DNA from: an uncultured Desulfobacterales bacterium
GTDB taxonomy: Bacteria; Desulfobacterota; DSM-4660; Desulfatiglandales; JALVZP01
NCBI GenBank assembly: GCA_964513995.1
Contig: CAZEOQ010000004.1
Span: 23,719 to 87,718, forward strand
DNA length: 64,000 nt
Direction: 5' to 3'
The position numbers were made by a program, and so were the translations under genes. Positions 16,425 to 25,781 of the stretch are shown piece after piece. Position 1 is the first letter of the stretch; the number at the start of each line of letters is the position of its first letter. Under the pieces are notes generated by a model that was given only the letters and a program-made list of their open reading frames with translations, was not told the origin of the DNA and made no database searches.

Positions 16425-17102
16425 TTACTTCACCTGAACAGCAATGTATACAAGGGTCAAAAGTGTGAATACAAGTGCCTGAATCGTTCCAACAAAGAGT
16501 CCAAAAAACAGGTTTAAAATAGGAGGAAGAAGAAGACTGTATACGAGATATGAAACAACGATTATGATTATTGCTCCTCCCATTATGTTTCCAAAAAGAC
16601 GGAATGAGATAGAGATTACCTTGGAAATCTCTCCTATTACGTTAAGTGGTGCCATTATGAAGATAGGTTCAAGATAACCTTTTATGTATTCCTTAAAACC
16701 TTTTTCCCTTATTCCAGCATACTGTGCAATAAAGAATCCCATAATTCCCATACCAAGAGGAGTATTCAGATCTCTTGTAGGTTCTGAAAGCTTTGGAATT
16801 ATTCCAAGCCAGTTAGATACAAGGAGGAACATAAAAAGTGCGCATATAAGTGGAAAATACTTTTTTCCAAGCTCTTCGTCCTCAAGTGTATCAATGCATA
16901 TGTCATAGAATGCAGTAATAAGGAGTTCTGCAACTGTTTGAAATGGATTTGGGATTATTCCCATCCTTTTTCTTGCAAGAAGAGAAAACACAATAAGTAT
17001 TCCCATAACGATCCATGTCATTATTATTGTCTTCACATTGAACCTTAGGACTATTCCAAAAAGGTTTACCTTCAGCTGAAGTATCTGAGTAAAATCTTCC
17101 AT
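16425..17102 (-). CDS. atpB: F-type ATP synthase a subunit
   Basis: 225 aa and polytopic. The conserved stator-Arg helix is ISISFRLFGNIMGG, and the C-terminal helix is LFVGTIQALVFTLLTLVYI. Confidence 0.9.
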   Translation of the reverse strand: MEDFTQILQLKVNLFGIVLRFNVKTIIMTWIVMGILIVFSLLARKRMGIIPNPFQTVAELLITAFYDICIDTLEDEELGKKYFPLICALFMFLLVSNWLGIIPKLSEPTRDLNTPLGMGIMGFFIAQYAGIREKGFKEYIKGYLEPIFIMAPLNVIGEISKVISISFRLFGNIMGGAIIIIVVSYLVYSLLLPPILNLFFGLFVGTIQALVFTLLTLVYIAVQVK

Positions 17103-17104
17103 GT

Positions 17105-17503
17105 TTATTCTCCCAGCAGAAGAGGTTTAAGAATTACATAATAGCCAAAAAGGACCATCTGAACAGAAAATATCCCTGCAACAGTTGCAGCGATATTAAA
17201 GCTTCTGTCCTTTATTGCAACTATTATTGGTATAGAAAGAACGGCATATCTTATAAAAAGAGAACCAAGAGAGAATGCTCCTGCTTTCCTCCTTTCTTTT
17301 CCCCATGAAAAAGGAAGGAATGAACACATAAGGATGAAGTTTATTACACTGAAACATGTTCCAAGAAGAAAACCTTTTGCTACAGAAGGCATACCTAAGA
17401 TAAGTGAAAAAAAAGAGACAGAAGAACCAAAAAGAAGAGCAAAACTGCATACCCTATTCTGAAATCTTTTTACTTCTTTTGCTGGAAACCTTTTTTCTTC
17501 CAT
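17105..17503 (-). CDS. atpI: ATP synthase protein I (AtpI-like small membrane protein)
   Basis: 132 aa with four hydrophobic segments, located directly upstream of atpB. The 50-nt overlap with the preceding gene leaves the start uncertain. Confidence 0.55.
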   Translation of the reverse strand: MEEKRFPAKEVKRFQNRVCSFALLFGSSVSFFSLILGMPSVAKGFLLGTCFSVINFILMCSFLPFSWGKERRKAGAFSLGSLFIRYAVLSIPIIVAIKDRSFNIAATVAGIFSVQMVLFGYYVILKPLLLGE

Positions 17504-17741
17504 CTTCTACTTCAAGAATCTGTCTATATGCAGTATAAGCTCCACCTATTATTCCAAGGATTATGAAGATCGTAGTAAAAACACCTTTTATATGAAGCCA
17601 CTTGTCTAAGTAATAACCTATTGCAAAGCAGAAAAGTATAGATCCTATTACTGTGAGTCCAAGCTGTGTAACGAGTATAAGGTATTCTGTCCATCTTTCT
17701 TTTTTTCTAATCTTTCTTTCTCCTTTTTTGTCTTGGAGCAT
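17454..17741 (-). CDS. AtpZ/AtpI-family small membrane protein (ATPase gene 1)
   Basis: 95 aa with two transmembrane segments. It shows the pattern LVTQLGLTVIGSILFCFAIGYYLDKWL...FTTIFIILGIIGGAY and is the first gene of the Fo cluster. Confidence 0.6.
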   Translation of the reverse strand: MLQDKKGERKIRKKERWTEYLILVTQLGLTVIGSILFCFAIGYYLDKWLHIKGVFTTIFIILGIIGGAYTAYRQILEVEDGRKKVSSKRSKKISE

Positions 17742-17763
17742 ATAAAAAATTATCTGTCAACTG

Positions 17764-19209
17764 TCAAGGAATTTTTTTTAGCTTATATCTTTTTGCTATT
17801 TTGTCATTAAGGATCAGAAGTAAAAATATAAGAATCCCCCACTGAAATATACATGTTCCAAGACTATACTTGCAAAAAGGATTCCACCATTTTTCAAAAA
17901 GCATAACTGCCTTATAGAACCACCAGAAGATAAGTCCAGCAAATTCCAGAGGAATAACATATTTGACCAATACATCAAACCAAGATCCAACCTTTATCTT
18001 CCTTTCATGTGGATTTATCAGATCCTTTCTAAAATCAGAAATACCATACCTTATTGAAGCAAGACAGAAGAAGAATCCACTTAAAAGAAGTCCTATTCCC
18101 CATACCCAATCCTGATTACACAAAAATTCTATGCTTATTGCTGAAGGGATTCCAAAAATGATTCCTAAGACAACAACAAAAACAACTGCCTTCCTTCTTT
18201 CATATCCCATATCCATAATAACTCTTACTGCAAGCTCTATCATTGCAATAAGAGAAGAAAAAGCAGCAAAAAAAAGAGAGATAAAAAAGATGGATGTAAA
18301 AAGATATGCACTGGTTATCTTTTTAAAAAGTGAAGGAAGCCAGATAAATGTAAGTCCTACATTTCCTGATGATACTGCCTTAAATGCCTCATCCTGAGGA
18401 AGGAATGAAAAAAGCGTGCAAAGGACAGCTATTCCAGCAAGTATTGAGGCAAGGTTATTTCCAAGTCCTATAATAAGAGAACTTGAAACGATGTCTTCAT
18501 TCCTTGAATATACTGCATATGTAAGGATAAGCCCCCATCCAGGTCCAACAGACCATGCAGACTGAGATATTGCTGAAAGCCATGTCTTATAGTCAAAAAG
18601 ATTTTCTATTTTTGGAAAAAAAAGGTATCTTATTCCTTTTATAGAATCAGGAAGAAAGATTGATCTTAGTGCAGCTATAAACATAAGAAGAAAAAGAAGT
18701 GGAATAAGTATCTTGTTTATCCTTTCTATTCCACCTTCTATTCCAAAGGCTACTACGAGTCCTGCCAAAAGAAAAGAGATTATGTGAAAAAAAAGAGGTT
18801 CAAAACCTGAGATAAACCTTTTCCAAAAGATTTGAGGATCTGAATGAAGTATACTGCTTTTTAATGAACCTATTGCGTATCTTATAAACCATCCTGTAAC
18901 AACACTGTAATAAAACATTATTGCCATTGTGCAGAATGCAACAAATCCTCCCATCCAGCAATACTGACCTCCACAGATCATTCCAAATGACTTAACAACA
19001 CCTGCCCTTGTCTTTCTTCCTATTGCAAATTCAAGGATGATTATTGGAATGGACCACATAAAAAGTGCTATCATCCATGCTATGAGAAAAGATCCTCCAC
19101 CGTTTTGTGCTGCAACTCTTGGAAATCTCCAGATATTTCCAGCACCAATTGCCATACCAAGTCCAGAAAGTATAAATCCCCATCTTGAAGTAAATGATTC
19201 CCTTTCCAT
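17764..19209 (-). CDS. Sodium-dependent transporter, NSS/SNF family
   Basis: RWGFILSGLGMAIGAGNIWRFPRVAAQNGGGSFLIAW is the NSS signature. The protein is 481 aa with about 11-12 transmembrane segments. Confidence 0.9.
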   Translation of the reverse strand: MERESFTSRWGFILSGLGMAIGAGNIWRFPRVAAQNGGGSFLIAWMIALFMWSIPIIILEFAIGRKTRAGVVKSFGMICGGQYCWMGGFVAFCTMAIMFYYSVVTGWFIRYAIGSLKSSILHSDPQIFWKRFISGFEPLFFHIISFLLAGLVVAFGIEGGIERINKILIPLLFLLMFIAALRSIFLPDSIKGIRYLFFPKIENLFDYKTWLSAISQSAWSVGPGWGLILTYAVYSRNEDIVSSSLIIGLGNNLASILAGIAVLCTLFSFLPQDEAFKAVSSGNVGLTFIWLPSLFKKITSAYLFTSIFFISLFFAAFSSLIAMIELAVRVIMDMGYERRKAVVFVVVLGIIFGIPSAISIEFLCNQDWVWGIGLLLSGFFFCLASIRYGISDFRKDLINPHERKIKVGSWFDVLVKYVIPLEFAGLIFWWFYKAVMLFEKWWNPFCKYSLGTCIFQWGILIFLLLILNDKIAKRYKLKKIP

Positions 19210-19212
19210 TTT

Positions 19213-20478
19213 TTATGAAAGAAGGACTCTGACAGGTTCTAATCCAAAAGGACTTCCCTGCTCTATTGCTTTAAGCACAGATCCACCACCAGTAAAGAAG
19301 TAATACTGATCAGGACTGTCAATCCCTTTCAGATACACACCAGGACAGAGTTCCTTTAGTTCCTGAAGTGTATCTCCTCCTGCAAAAAGCTTAATTGCAT
19401 TCTGATTTCTGCTTATGAGTTCATAAAGTGCCTTTGATCCTTCAAAAAAATAGGGCATAAGTCCCATTACTGCATTCACAAAAATCGTCTTTGCCTTTTC
19501 TATCTCTTCCTTTATCTGAGCATATGAATCAGGAGCTATGTCAACTATATATGAAGCAGAACCTTTTTTCTTAAGTTCTTCAAGACTTACTTTCCTATAC
19601 ATTCCCTCTTTTCTTTCAAGATCTTCTGATTCTATAACTTCTGGAAGCTCAAGTATCTTTTTTTTCTTTTTGTCCATCTCTATAAGCTCTTTTGCAAGCT
19701 CTATGTCCTCTTCTGAAACACCTTTTATACGGATGTCATACTTTGCACAGAGATAAGTATTATACATGACCCCACCAAGTATAAGCCTGTCTGCTTTTTC
19801 ATAAAGGACCTTAACAGGACCTATCTTTGTGTCATACTTTGCTCCTGCAACAATTGCAACAAATGGTCTTTCTGGATAAAGGACCTTGTCAAGATTTGAT
19901 ACTTCCTTCTGCATAAGGATTCCTGCATATGAAGGAAGCCTTTTTGCAATGTCATATGTAGATGCATGAGGCTGCCATGAACCAAATGCATCATTTATGT
20001 ATATCTCTGCAAGGGAAGAAAGCTCTTCTGTAAACTCTTCCCTTTCTTTTCCCTTTGCTTCTTCTCCCTGAAACCATCTCGTATTTGGAAGATAAATCAT
20101 GTCAATCTTTCCTCTTTTCAGTTCCTCTATCTTTGGTCTTATAGAATCATCTATATGAAGGATACCTTTTTCTGGATCTATCTGAAACTCAGGGACATGT
20201 ATCTTTACAGGAAGCTTCTTTTCAAGATATTCTACGATTGGTCTTACAGACTCATCACTGCTACATCTTATCCTTCCAGTCTTTTTATCCCTTGGTCTTC
20301 CTATGTGTGTCATAAGGATTGGTCTTCCACCTTTTTTTGCAATCTCATAAAGTGTGCAGAATGTAGCATCTATCCTGTATGGATCCTTTATTTTCCCTTT
20401 TTTTACGACATTGTGATCAACACGAACAAGGACGACCTTATCTTTCATATCAGCATCCTGTATTACCCTGAGCTTCAT
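19213..20478 (-). CDS. pgk: Phosphoglycerate kinase family protein (divergent)
   Basis: Recognisable PGK blocks are VLVRVDHNV, RID, MTHIGRP, NDAFGSWQPHAST, AGAKYDTKI, GGVMYNTYL, AGGDT and FTGGGSVLKAIEQG. I chose the start at ATG 20478 (MKLRVI) because GGAGGG lies 7 nt upstream. This removes the overlap with the upstream gene. Confidence 0.75.
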   Translation of the reverse strand: MKLRVIQDADMKDKVVLVRVDHNVVKKGKIKDPYRIDATFCTLYEIAKKGGRPILMTHIGRPRDKKTGRIRCSSDESVRPIVEYLEKKLPVKIHVPEFQIDPEKGILHIDDSIRPKIEELKRGKIDMIYLPNTRWFQGEEAKGKEREEFTEELSSLAEIYINDAFGSWQPHASTYDIAKRLPSYAGILMQKEVSNLDKVLYPERPFVAIVAGAKYDTKIGPVKVLYEKADRLILGGVMYNTYLCAKYDIRIKGVSEEDIELAKELIEMDKKKKKILELPEVIESEDLERKEGMYRKVSLEELKKKGSASYIVDIAPDSYAQIKEEIEKAKTIFVNAVMGLMPYFFEGSKALYELISRNQNAIKLFAGGDTLQELKELCPGVYLKGIDSPDQYYFFTGGGSVLKAIEQGSPFGLEPVRVLLS

Positions 20479-20491
20479 ATTTTCCCTCCTT

Positions 20492-20902
20492 TCATGCAGC
20501 TTCTTTTGCAAGCTTTCTTGCAATCTTTCTTGTCATCTTCTTAAGCCTGCTTATTCTTCTTCTAAGCAGTGCTGCTCTTTTTTTATCATTATTTTTGAGA
20601 GCTTCTTCCCTTTCTTTCTTAAGCTCTCTTATCTTCCTTTTTAGCTCTCTTATCTTTTCCTTTCCTTCTGCTGGCTTAGCCTTTTCTTCTTTTATCTCCA
20701 GGAAATCCTTTATTATCTTTACGAGCTCCTCTTTCTGCATTGCATGTGCACCTTTTACCCATGGAATCTTCATTGCAATCTCTCTTAGCTCTGTTGCAGT
20801 AATCTTTTCTATTCTTCTGTCTCCTATAATTCCCTTTATCTCTTCCTGGATCTTCTTTTTCTCTTCTTCTGGTATCTGCTCTTCCCTTCTTTCCTCCATC
20901 AT
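20492..20902 (-). CDS. Hypothetical protein with a Rho_N/HeH-like motif and a Lys/Arg-rich coiled-coil tail
   Basis: [35 protein letters not shown] resembles the Rho N-terminal (SAP/HeH-like) motif. The rest of the protein is charged low-complexity sequence. It overlaps the stomatin gene end by 4 nt. Confidence 0.4.
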   Translation of the reverse strand: MMEERREEQIPEEEKKKIQEEIKGIIGDRRIEKITATELREIAMKIPWVKGAHAMQKEELVKIIKDFLEIKEEKAKPAEGKEKIRELKRKIRELKKEREEALKNNDKKRAALLRRRISRLKKMTRKIARKLAKEAA

Positions 20903-21660
20903 TCTCCTCCTTCAAGTTTTTTTGCTTTCTTTATAAAAGGAATGACAAGGTCTATAGGAATTGGAAAAAGTGTTGTTGAACTTCCTTCTGCTGCAATTTC
21001 CCTAAGTGTCTGAAGATATCTGAGCTGAAGTGCTTCTGGATACTTCTGAATGATTCCTGCTGCCTCTGCAAGCTTTGCTGCAGCCTGATATTCTCCTTCT
21101 GCATTAATTATCTTTGCCCTTCTTTCCCTTTCTGCCTCTGCCTGACGAGCCATAGACCTTTGCATCTCTTCTGGAAGATCAATGTGTTTCAGCTCTACAG
21201 TAGTTACTTTTATACCCCATGGATCAGTATGCTTGTCAAGGATGCTCTGAAGCCTTGTATTTATCTTTTCCCTTTCTGCAAGGAGTTCATCAAGCTCTAC
21301 CTGTCCACAGACACTTCTAAGCGTTGTCTGTGCAAGCTGTGATGTTGCAAAAAGATAATCCTCTACTTCTACTACTGCCTTTACTGGATCAACCACACGA
21401 AAGTATACTACAGCATTTACCTTTATGGAAACATTGTCCCTCGTTATGACATCCTGTGAAGGAACATCCATTGTTACGAGCCTTAAAGATACCTTTACCA
21501 TCCTGTCAATTATCGGAATAAGAAGTATAAGTCCTGGTCCTTTTGTTGCAACGACTCTTCCCAGTCTAAAGATCACTCCTCTTTCGTATTCCTTAAGGAT
21601 CCTTATAGCTGAACTGAGAAGCATTATCAGGAATATGATTGCAAGTATGTAAAATAACAT
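20899..21660 (-). CDS. SPFH-domain protein (stomatin/slipin-like)
   Basis: An N-terminal transmembrane segment is followed by [12 protein letters not shown]...[28 protein letters not shown]...[10 protein letters not shown], which is typical of bacterial stomatins. Confidence 0.9.
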   Translation of the reverse strand: MLFYILAIIFLIMLLSSAIRILKEYERGVIFRLGRVVATKGPGLILLIPIIDRMVKVSLRLVTMDVPSQDVITRDNVSIKVNAVVYFRVVDPVKAVVEVEDYLFATSQLAQTTLRSVCGQVELDELLAEREKINTRLQSILDKHTDPWGIKVTTVELKHIDLPEEMQRSMARQAEAERERRAKIINAEGEYQAAAKLAEAAGIIQKYPEALQLRYLQTLREIAAEGSSTTLFPIPIDLVIPFIKKAKKLEGGE

Positions 21661-21678
21661 AAAAAATCCCTCCTTTTT

Positions 21679-22953
21679 TTAATCTCCTTTTTTCACACTT
21701 AATGTCAATCCTTTAAAAGACCTTACCTTTACCTTATCTCCTGGCTTCAAATTTTCATCAGATTCTGCATTCCAATATTCCCCATGAACAAAGACAATAC
21801 CTCTTCCATCCTTCCAGCTTTCTACGATCCCTTCCTCACCAATCAGTGCTTCAAGACCTGTTTTTGGGCGTATTCTGTGAGCCTTTATTGCAAAAAGTGT
21901 TATAAGAAGGAAAAAAAGTGCAAACATAATTATTGTAGGAAACATTACCTTTAAAGATATTCTCATGTCTTCAAAAAGCATCATTGATCCAAGAAGAAGA
22001 GAGATGATTCCTCCAATTGTAAGAAGCCCATAACTTGTTACCTTTACTTCAAGTATGAACATGATTATTCCAAGTGCTATAAGGAGAAGACCTGCATAGT
22101 TTACGGGAAGTGTGTGAAATGCATAAAATGCAAGGATAAGAGATATTGCTCCTATTATTCCTGGAAGGATTGACCCTGGATGGGCAAGTTCAAAATAAAG
22201 TCCAGTAAGACCTATCATCATGAGTATATATGCTATGTTTGGATCACTTATTGTCTCAAGTATCTTATCTCTCAGATTTGGCTTAAAATAAACTACCTCT
22301 ATTTTCTCTGTTGAAAGTGTTATCTCACCTGAAGGAAGCTTTACTTTCATTCCATTTATCTTTCTGAAAAGCTCATCCATGTCTTTTGCAATGATGTCTA
22401 TTACATTCTTCTTAAGTGCTTCATCTGCAGTTATAGAAACACTTTCCCTTATTGCCCTCTCTATCCAACGAGCATTTCTTCCTCTCTGCTTTGCTATGCT
22501 TCTTGCATATGAAGCCATATCATTTACAATCTTTTCAGACATATTCCTTCCTATATCCCTTCCACCAACAGCTACAGGATGAGCTGCACCAATGTTTGTC
22601 CCTGGTGCCATTGCAGCAATGTGAGCAGAGATCGTGATTATTGCACCTGCTGATGCAGCTCCTGCACCACTTGGAAATACATAGCAGACTACAGGAACTT
22701 TTGAATTAAGTATTGCTTTTATTATCTGCCTCATAGATGTTGCAAGTCCACCAGGAGTATCTATCTGGATTACTACGAGATACGCCCCTTCTTTTTCAGC
22801 ATTCTTTATTCCTCTTACGACATATCCTGCTGATCCAGGGTTAATCGTTCCCGTAAGCCTTATTACAAAAGCTTTTTTAGAACAAAGTGCTTCTTTATTC
22901 AGAAATATCAAAAATAGCAAAAGAAGAATCTTATTTCTTAACATCAAGACCAA
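21679..22953 (-). CDS. NfeD-family membrane-bound ClpP-class serine protease (stomatin operon partner)
   Basis: There is an N-terminal ClpP-like domain (IDTPGGL...GAASAGA), a central transmembrane bundle and a C-terminal OB-like domain (VFVHGEYWNA...GDKVKV). It lies directly upstream of the stomatin gene. Confidence 0.85.
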   Translation of the reverse strand: MVLMLRNKILLLLFLIFLNKEALCSKKAFVIRLTGTINPGSAGYVVRGIKNAEKEGAYLVVIQIDTPGGLATSMRQIIKAILNSKVPVVCYVFPSGAGAASAGAIITISAHIAAMAPGTNIGAAHPVAVGGRDIGRNMSEKIVNDMASYARSIAKQRGRNARWIERAIRESVSITADEALKKNVIDIIAKDMDELFRKINGMKVKLPSGEITLSTEKIEVVYFKPNLRDKILETISDPNIAYILMMIGLTGLYFELAHPGSILPGIIGAISLILAFYAFHTLPVNYAGLLLIALGIIMFILEVKVTSYGLLTIGGIISLLLGSMMLFEDMRISLKVMFPTIIMFALFFLLITLFAIKAHRIRPKTGLEALIGEEGIVESWKDGRGIVFVHGEYWNAESDENLKPGDKVKVRSFKGLTLSVKKGD

Positions 22954-23632
22954 GCCTTTCCATAATCTTTTTCATATCTTCCCATACAAGCTTCTTTGCA
23001 GAAGGATTCCTGAGAAGGTATGCTGGATGAAATGTTGGCATAACAGGAATGTCATTATATGTATACCAGTTTCCTCTGTTTTGTGAAATCTTAAAGCTTT
23101 TTCCAATAAGTGCCTGAGATGAAATCCTTCCCAATGTGCATATTACCTTTGGTCTTATAAGCTTAAGCTGTGTTTTTAAAAAAGGAAAGCACGCCTTTAT
23201 TTCATCCTCCTGTGGATCTCTGTTTCTTGGAGGTCTGCACTTTACAACATTGCATATGTATACCTGATTTCTTTCAAGTCCCATTGCTCTTATAATCCTT
23301 GTAAGAAGCCTTCCTGCTTCTCCAACAAAAGGTCTTCCTTCCCTGTCCTCTTCTCTTCCAGGAGCTTCTCCAACAAAGACGAGATCTGCTTCAGGATTTC
23401 CTTCTCCAAAGACGATATTTTGCCTTTTCTGATAAAGTTTGCATCTTGTGCATCCTTCTATGTATCTTTTCAGCTCATCAAGTGTCTTTATCCTTTCAAG
23501 GACAGCTTCTTCCATTAGCTGATCTCCTGAAAGTGACTTTTTTGATAATGGAAAAGATTCAAGACCAATTTCTTTATAAAAATGAACAGTCTTTTTTAAA
23601 TCAGCAATTATTTCTTTTAACTCTTCTTTCAT
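22931..23632 (-). CDS. Uracil-DNA glycosylase, family 4
   Basis: CTRCKL...VFGEGNPEADLVFVGEAPGREEDREGRPFVGEAGRLL...HPAYLLRNP are family 4 UDG motifs, including the Fe-S cysteines. Confidence 0.85.
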   Translation of the reverse strand: MKEELKEIIADLKKTVHFYKEIGLESFPLSKKSLSGDQLMEEAVLERIKTLDELKRYIEGCTRCKLYQKRQNIVFGEGNPEADLVFVGEAPGREEDREGRPFVGEAGRLLTRIIRAMGLERNQVYICNVVKCRPPRNRDPQEDEIKACFPFLKTQLKLIRPKVICTLGRISSQALIGKSFKISQNRGNWYTYNDIPVMPTFHPAYLLRNPSAKKLVWEDMKKIMERLGLDVKK

Positions 23633-24803
23633 AGATCTCTTTTACTCTGTCAAGTATAAGATTTGCAAGTTCTTCCTTTTTCATAAGAGATGTCTCTTCT
23701 ATCCTTCCATCCCTGTAAATTATCTTTGCAATGTTTGTATCTGCTTCAAAACCAGAATCCTTTCTTGAAACATCATTTGCAACGATCATATCAAGACCTT
23801 TTTTTTCAAGCTTCTCTTTTGCATTCCTTACGAGATCCTCTGTCTCTGCAGAAAATCCAACGAGGATGCATCTTCCATTATTCTTCCTTCCAAGCTCCTG
23901 TAATATGTCTGGATTCTTTATAAGCTTCAGCTCCAAAAATTCCTTTTCCTTTTTTATCTTTCTCTGAAAAGTCCTTTCTGGTCTATAATCTGATACTGCA
24001 GCAGCCTTTATCACAACATCACACTCCTTCCACTTCTCCAAGACCTTATCCCTCATCTGAATTGCCGTATCTACTTTGTAAAACTCAACTCCTCTTGGTG
24101 GATCAATCCTTGCTGGTCCACTTATAAGTATCACATAAGCTCCTCTTCTTTTTGCCATCTTTGCTATAGAATATCCCATCTTTCCACTTGATCTGTTTGT
24201 AATAAATCTTACAGGATCAATTGGTTCAACAGTAGGTCCAGCAGTAACGAGTATCCTCATTCCTTTAAGATCTTTTTCTGTAAGTGTGTCCTTTATCTCC
24301 TCAAGGATATCTTCTGGTTCAGGAAGCCTTCCCTTTCCATAAGCCCCACATGCAAGCTCCCCTTCTTCTGGTTCAACAATTATAAAACCCCTTTTCCTTA
24401 GCTTTTCCAAGTTTTCCTGAACAGCAGGATTCAGGAACATGTTTGTGTTCATAGCTGGACAGATCATAATCTTTGAAGAAGATGCAAGGACAAGTGTTGA
24501 AAGGAAGTCGTCTGCTATTCCATTTGCTATCTTTCCGATTATGTTTGCTGTTGCAGGAGCAATGACAATAAGATCTGAGTCCTGTGCCCAGAGGATGTGC
24601 TCCATCTCCTTTCCCTGCAAAAACATGTCCCAGATAACCTTGTTTCCTGTAATTGCTTCAAATGTAAGAGGAGAAATGAATCTCGTAGCATTCTCTGTCA
24701 TTGCAACCCTTACATAGAATCCTTCTTTTATGAGAATCCTTGCAAGCTCTGCTGCCTTATATGCAGCAATGCCTCCTGTTATTCCCAGAAGTATCTTTTT
24801 CAT
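23601..24803 (-). CDS. coaBC: Bifunctional phosphopantothenoylcysteine decarboxylase / phosphopantothenate-cysteine ligase
   Basis: 400 aa. The N-terminal flavoprotein domain shows ILLGITGGIAAYKA...PAMNTNM. The C-terminal CoaB domain shows TAGPT.EPIDPVRFITNRSSGKMG...AAAVSDY. Confidence 0.9.
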   Translation of the reverse strand: MKKILLGITGGIAAYKAAELARILIKEGFYVRVAMTENATRFISPLTFEAITGNKVIWDMFLQGKEMEHILWAQDSDLIVIAPATANIIGKIANGIADDFLSTLVLASSSKIMICPAMNTNMFLNPAVQENLEKLRKRGFIIVEPEEGELACGAYGKGRLPEPEDILEEIKDTLTEKDLKGMRILVTAGPTVEPIDPVRFITNRSSGKMGYSIAKMAKRRGAYVILISGPARIDPPRGVEFYKVDTAIQMRDKVLEKWKECDVVIKAAAVSDYRPERTFQRKIKKEKEFLELKLIKNPDILQELGRKNNGRCILVGFSAETEDLVRNAKEKLEKKGLDMIVANDVSRKDSGFEADTNIAKIIYRDGRIEETSLMKKEELANLILDRVKEIYERRVKRNNC

Positions 24804-24869
24804 GACATTTTTATTAAAAAATAAAAATTACTGCTTGACAACAAAAATATGTCATGGAAAATTCAAAAA

Positions 24870-25781
24870 ATGGATTTCAGTTTTAAACAGCTTGAGGTAT
24901 TCTGCAAGATCGTAGAAACTGGAAGCTTTTCAAAAGCAGCAGAAGAAGTATTTCTTACTCAGTCATCCGTAAGTGAAAGGATTGCAAATCTTGAAAGACA
25001 GATAGGTGCAAAGCTCTTTGACAGGATTGGAAAAAAGGTATTTCTTACAGATGTTGGAAAGCTCTTTTACAGATATGCAAAAAGGCTTCTTGAAGAAAAA
25101 GAAAGGATATCAGAGGAGATTCAGGATTTTCTTGGAGTAAAAAAGGGCAAGCTAAGTATTGGAGGAAGCACAATCCCAGGAGAATATATACTTCCAAAGG
25201 TCATAAAGAAATTCAATGAAAGATATCCTCTTATAAATGTAAACATCTCTGTTCATGATTCAAAAAAGGTTCAGAACATGGTCTTAAACGGAACTTTTCA
25301 GCTTGGTATCATAGGCTTTATTCAGCCAGATCAGAACATAAGATGCAAAAGTCTGTGGAAGGATGAACTCGTTGTGGCTGTTCCTAAGGGACACAGGTGG
25401 ATGGAGAGAAAAGAGATAGAACTGAAAGAGCTTTTTGAAGAACCTTTTATAATGAGAGAAGAAGGTTCAGGAACACTTAGGACGATGGAAGAGTATCTGA
25501 AAAGGTATGAACCTGATTTCAAAAAGAAGTTCAAAGTAATTACTCATCTTGGATCATCAACTGCTGTAAAGGAAGGAATAAAAGCTGGTCTTGGGATATC
25601 CATAATATCAATAAGGGCAATTGAGACTGAAGTAAAGGCTGGAATCATCTTTCCGTTAAGGATAAAAGGAGTAAAAATGTTCAGGAATTTCTATCTTATA
25701 TGGGATAAAAGAAGGACGAGAAGTCCTATTGCTGAAGAGTTTATAAAGTTTCTTGAGGAATGGAAAGATGAACAGCTTTGA
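24870..25781 (+). CDS. LysR-family transcriptional regulator
   Basis: MDFSFKQLEVFCKIVETGSFSKAAEEVFLTQSSVSERIANLE is the LysR helix-turn-helix, followed by a substrate-binding domain. It is divergent from coaBC. The ORF track starts 21 nt earlier at 24849, and either start is possible. Confidence 0.85.
   Translation: MDFSFKQLEVFCKIVETGSFSKAAEEVFLTQSSVSERIANLERQIGAKLFDRIGKKVFLTDVGKLFYRYAKRLLEEKERISEEIQDFLGVKKGKLSIGGSTIPGEYILPKVIKKFNERYPLINVNISVHDSKKVQNMVLNGTFQLGIIGFIQPDQNIRCKSLWKDELVVAVPKGHRWMERKEIELKELFEEPFIMREEGSGTLRTMEEYLKRYEPDFKKKFKVITHLGSSTAVKEGIKAGLGISIISIRAIETEVKAGIIFPLRIKGVKMFRNFYLIWDKRRTRSPIAEEFIKFLEEWKDEQL

Noticed and set aside
14428-17741. The first atp cluster might be an N-type ATPase operon.
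   Set aside because: N-ATPase operons start with atpD-atpC and carry atpQ/atpR before atpB. Here the order is atpZ-atpI-atpB-c-c-b with no F1-like genes, which is F-type Fo organisation.
20676-20915. A 79-aa alternative-frame ORF lies within the Rho_N-like gene.
   Set aside because: It is on the same strand in a different frame within a purine-rich Lys/Glu/Arg-coding stretch. Such repeats are open in several frames. The longer frame has the recognisable motif and the ATGA coupling to the stomatin gene.
24801-24856. An 8-nt inverted repeat, CATGACAT ... ATGTCATG, brackets the coaBC/LysR intergenic region. A TTGACA box lies at 24835-24840.
   Set aside because: The arms are short, contain the two start codons, and do not extend. 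No acceptable -10 box follows TTGACA at a 16-18 nt spacing. This is too weak to call an operator or a promoter.
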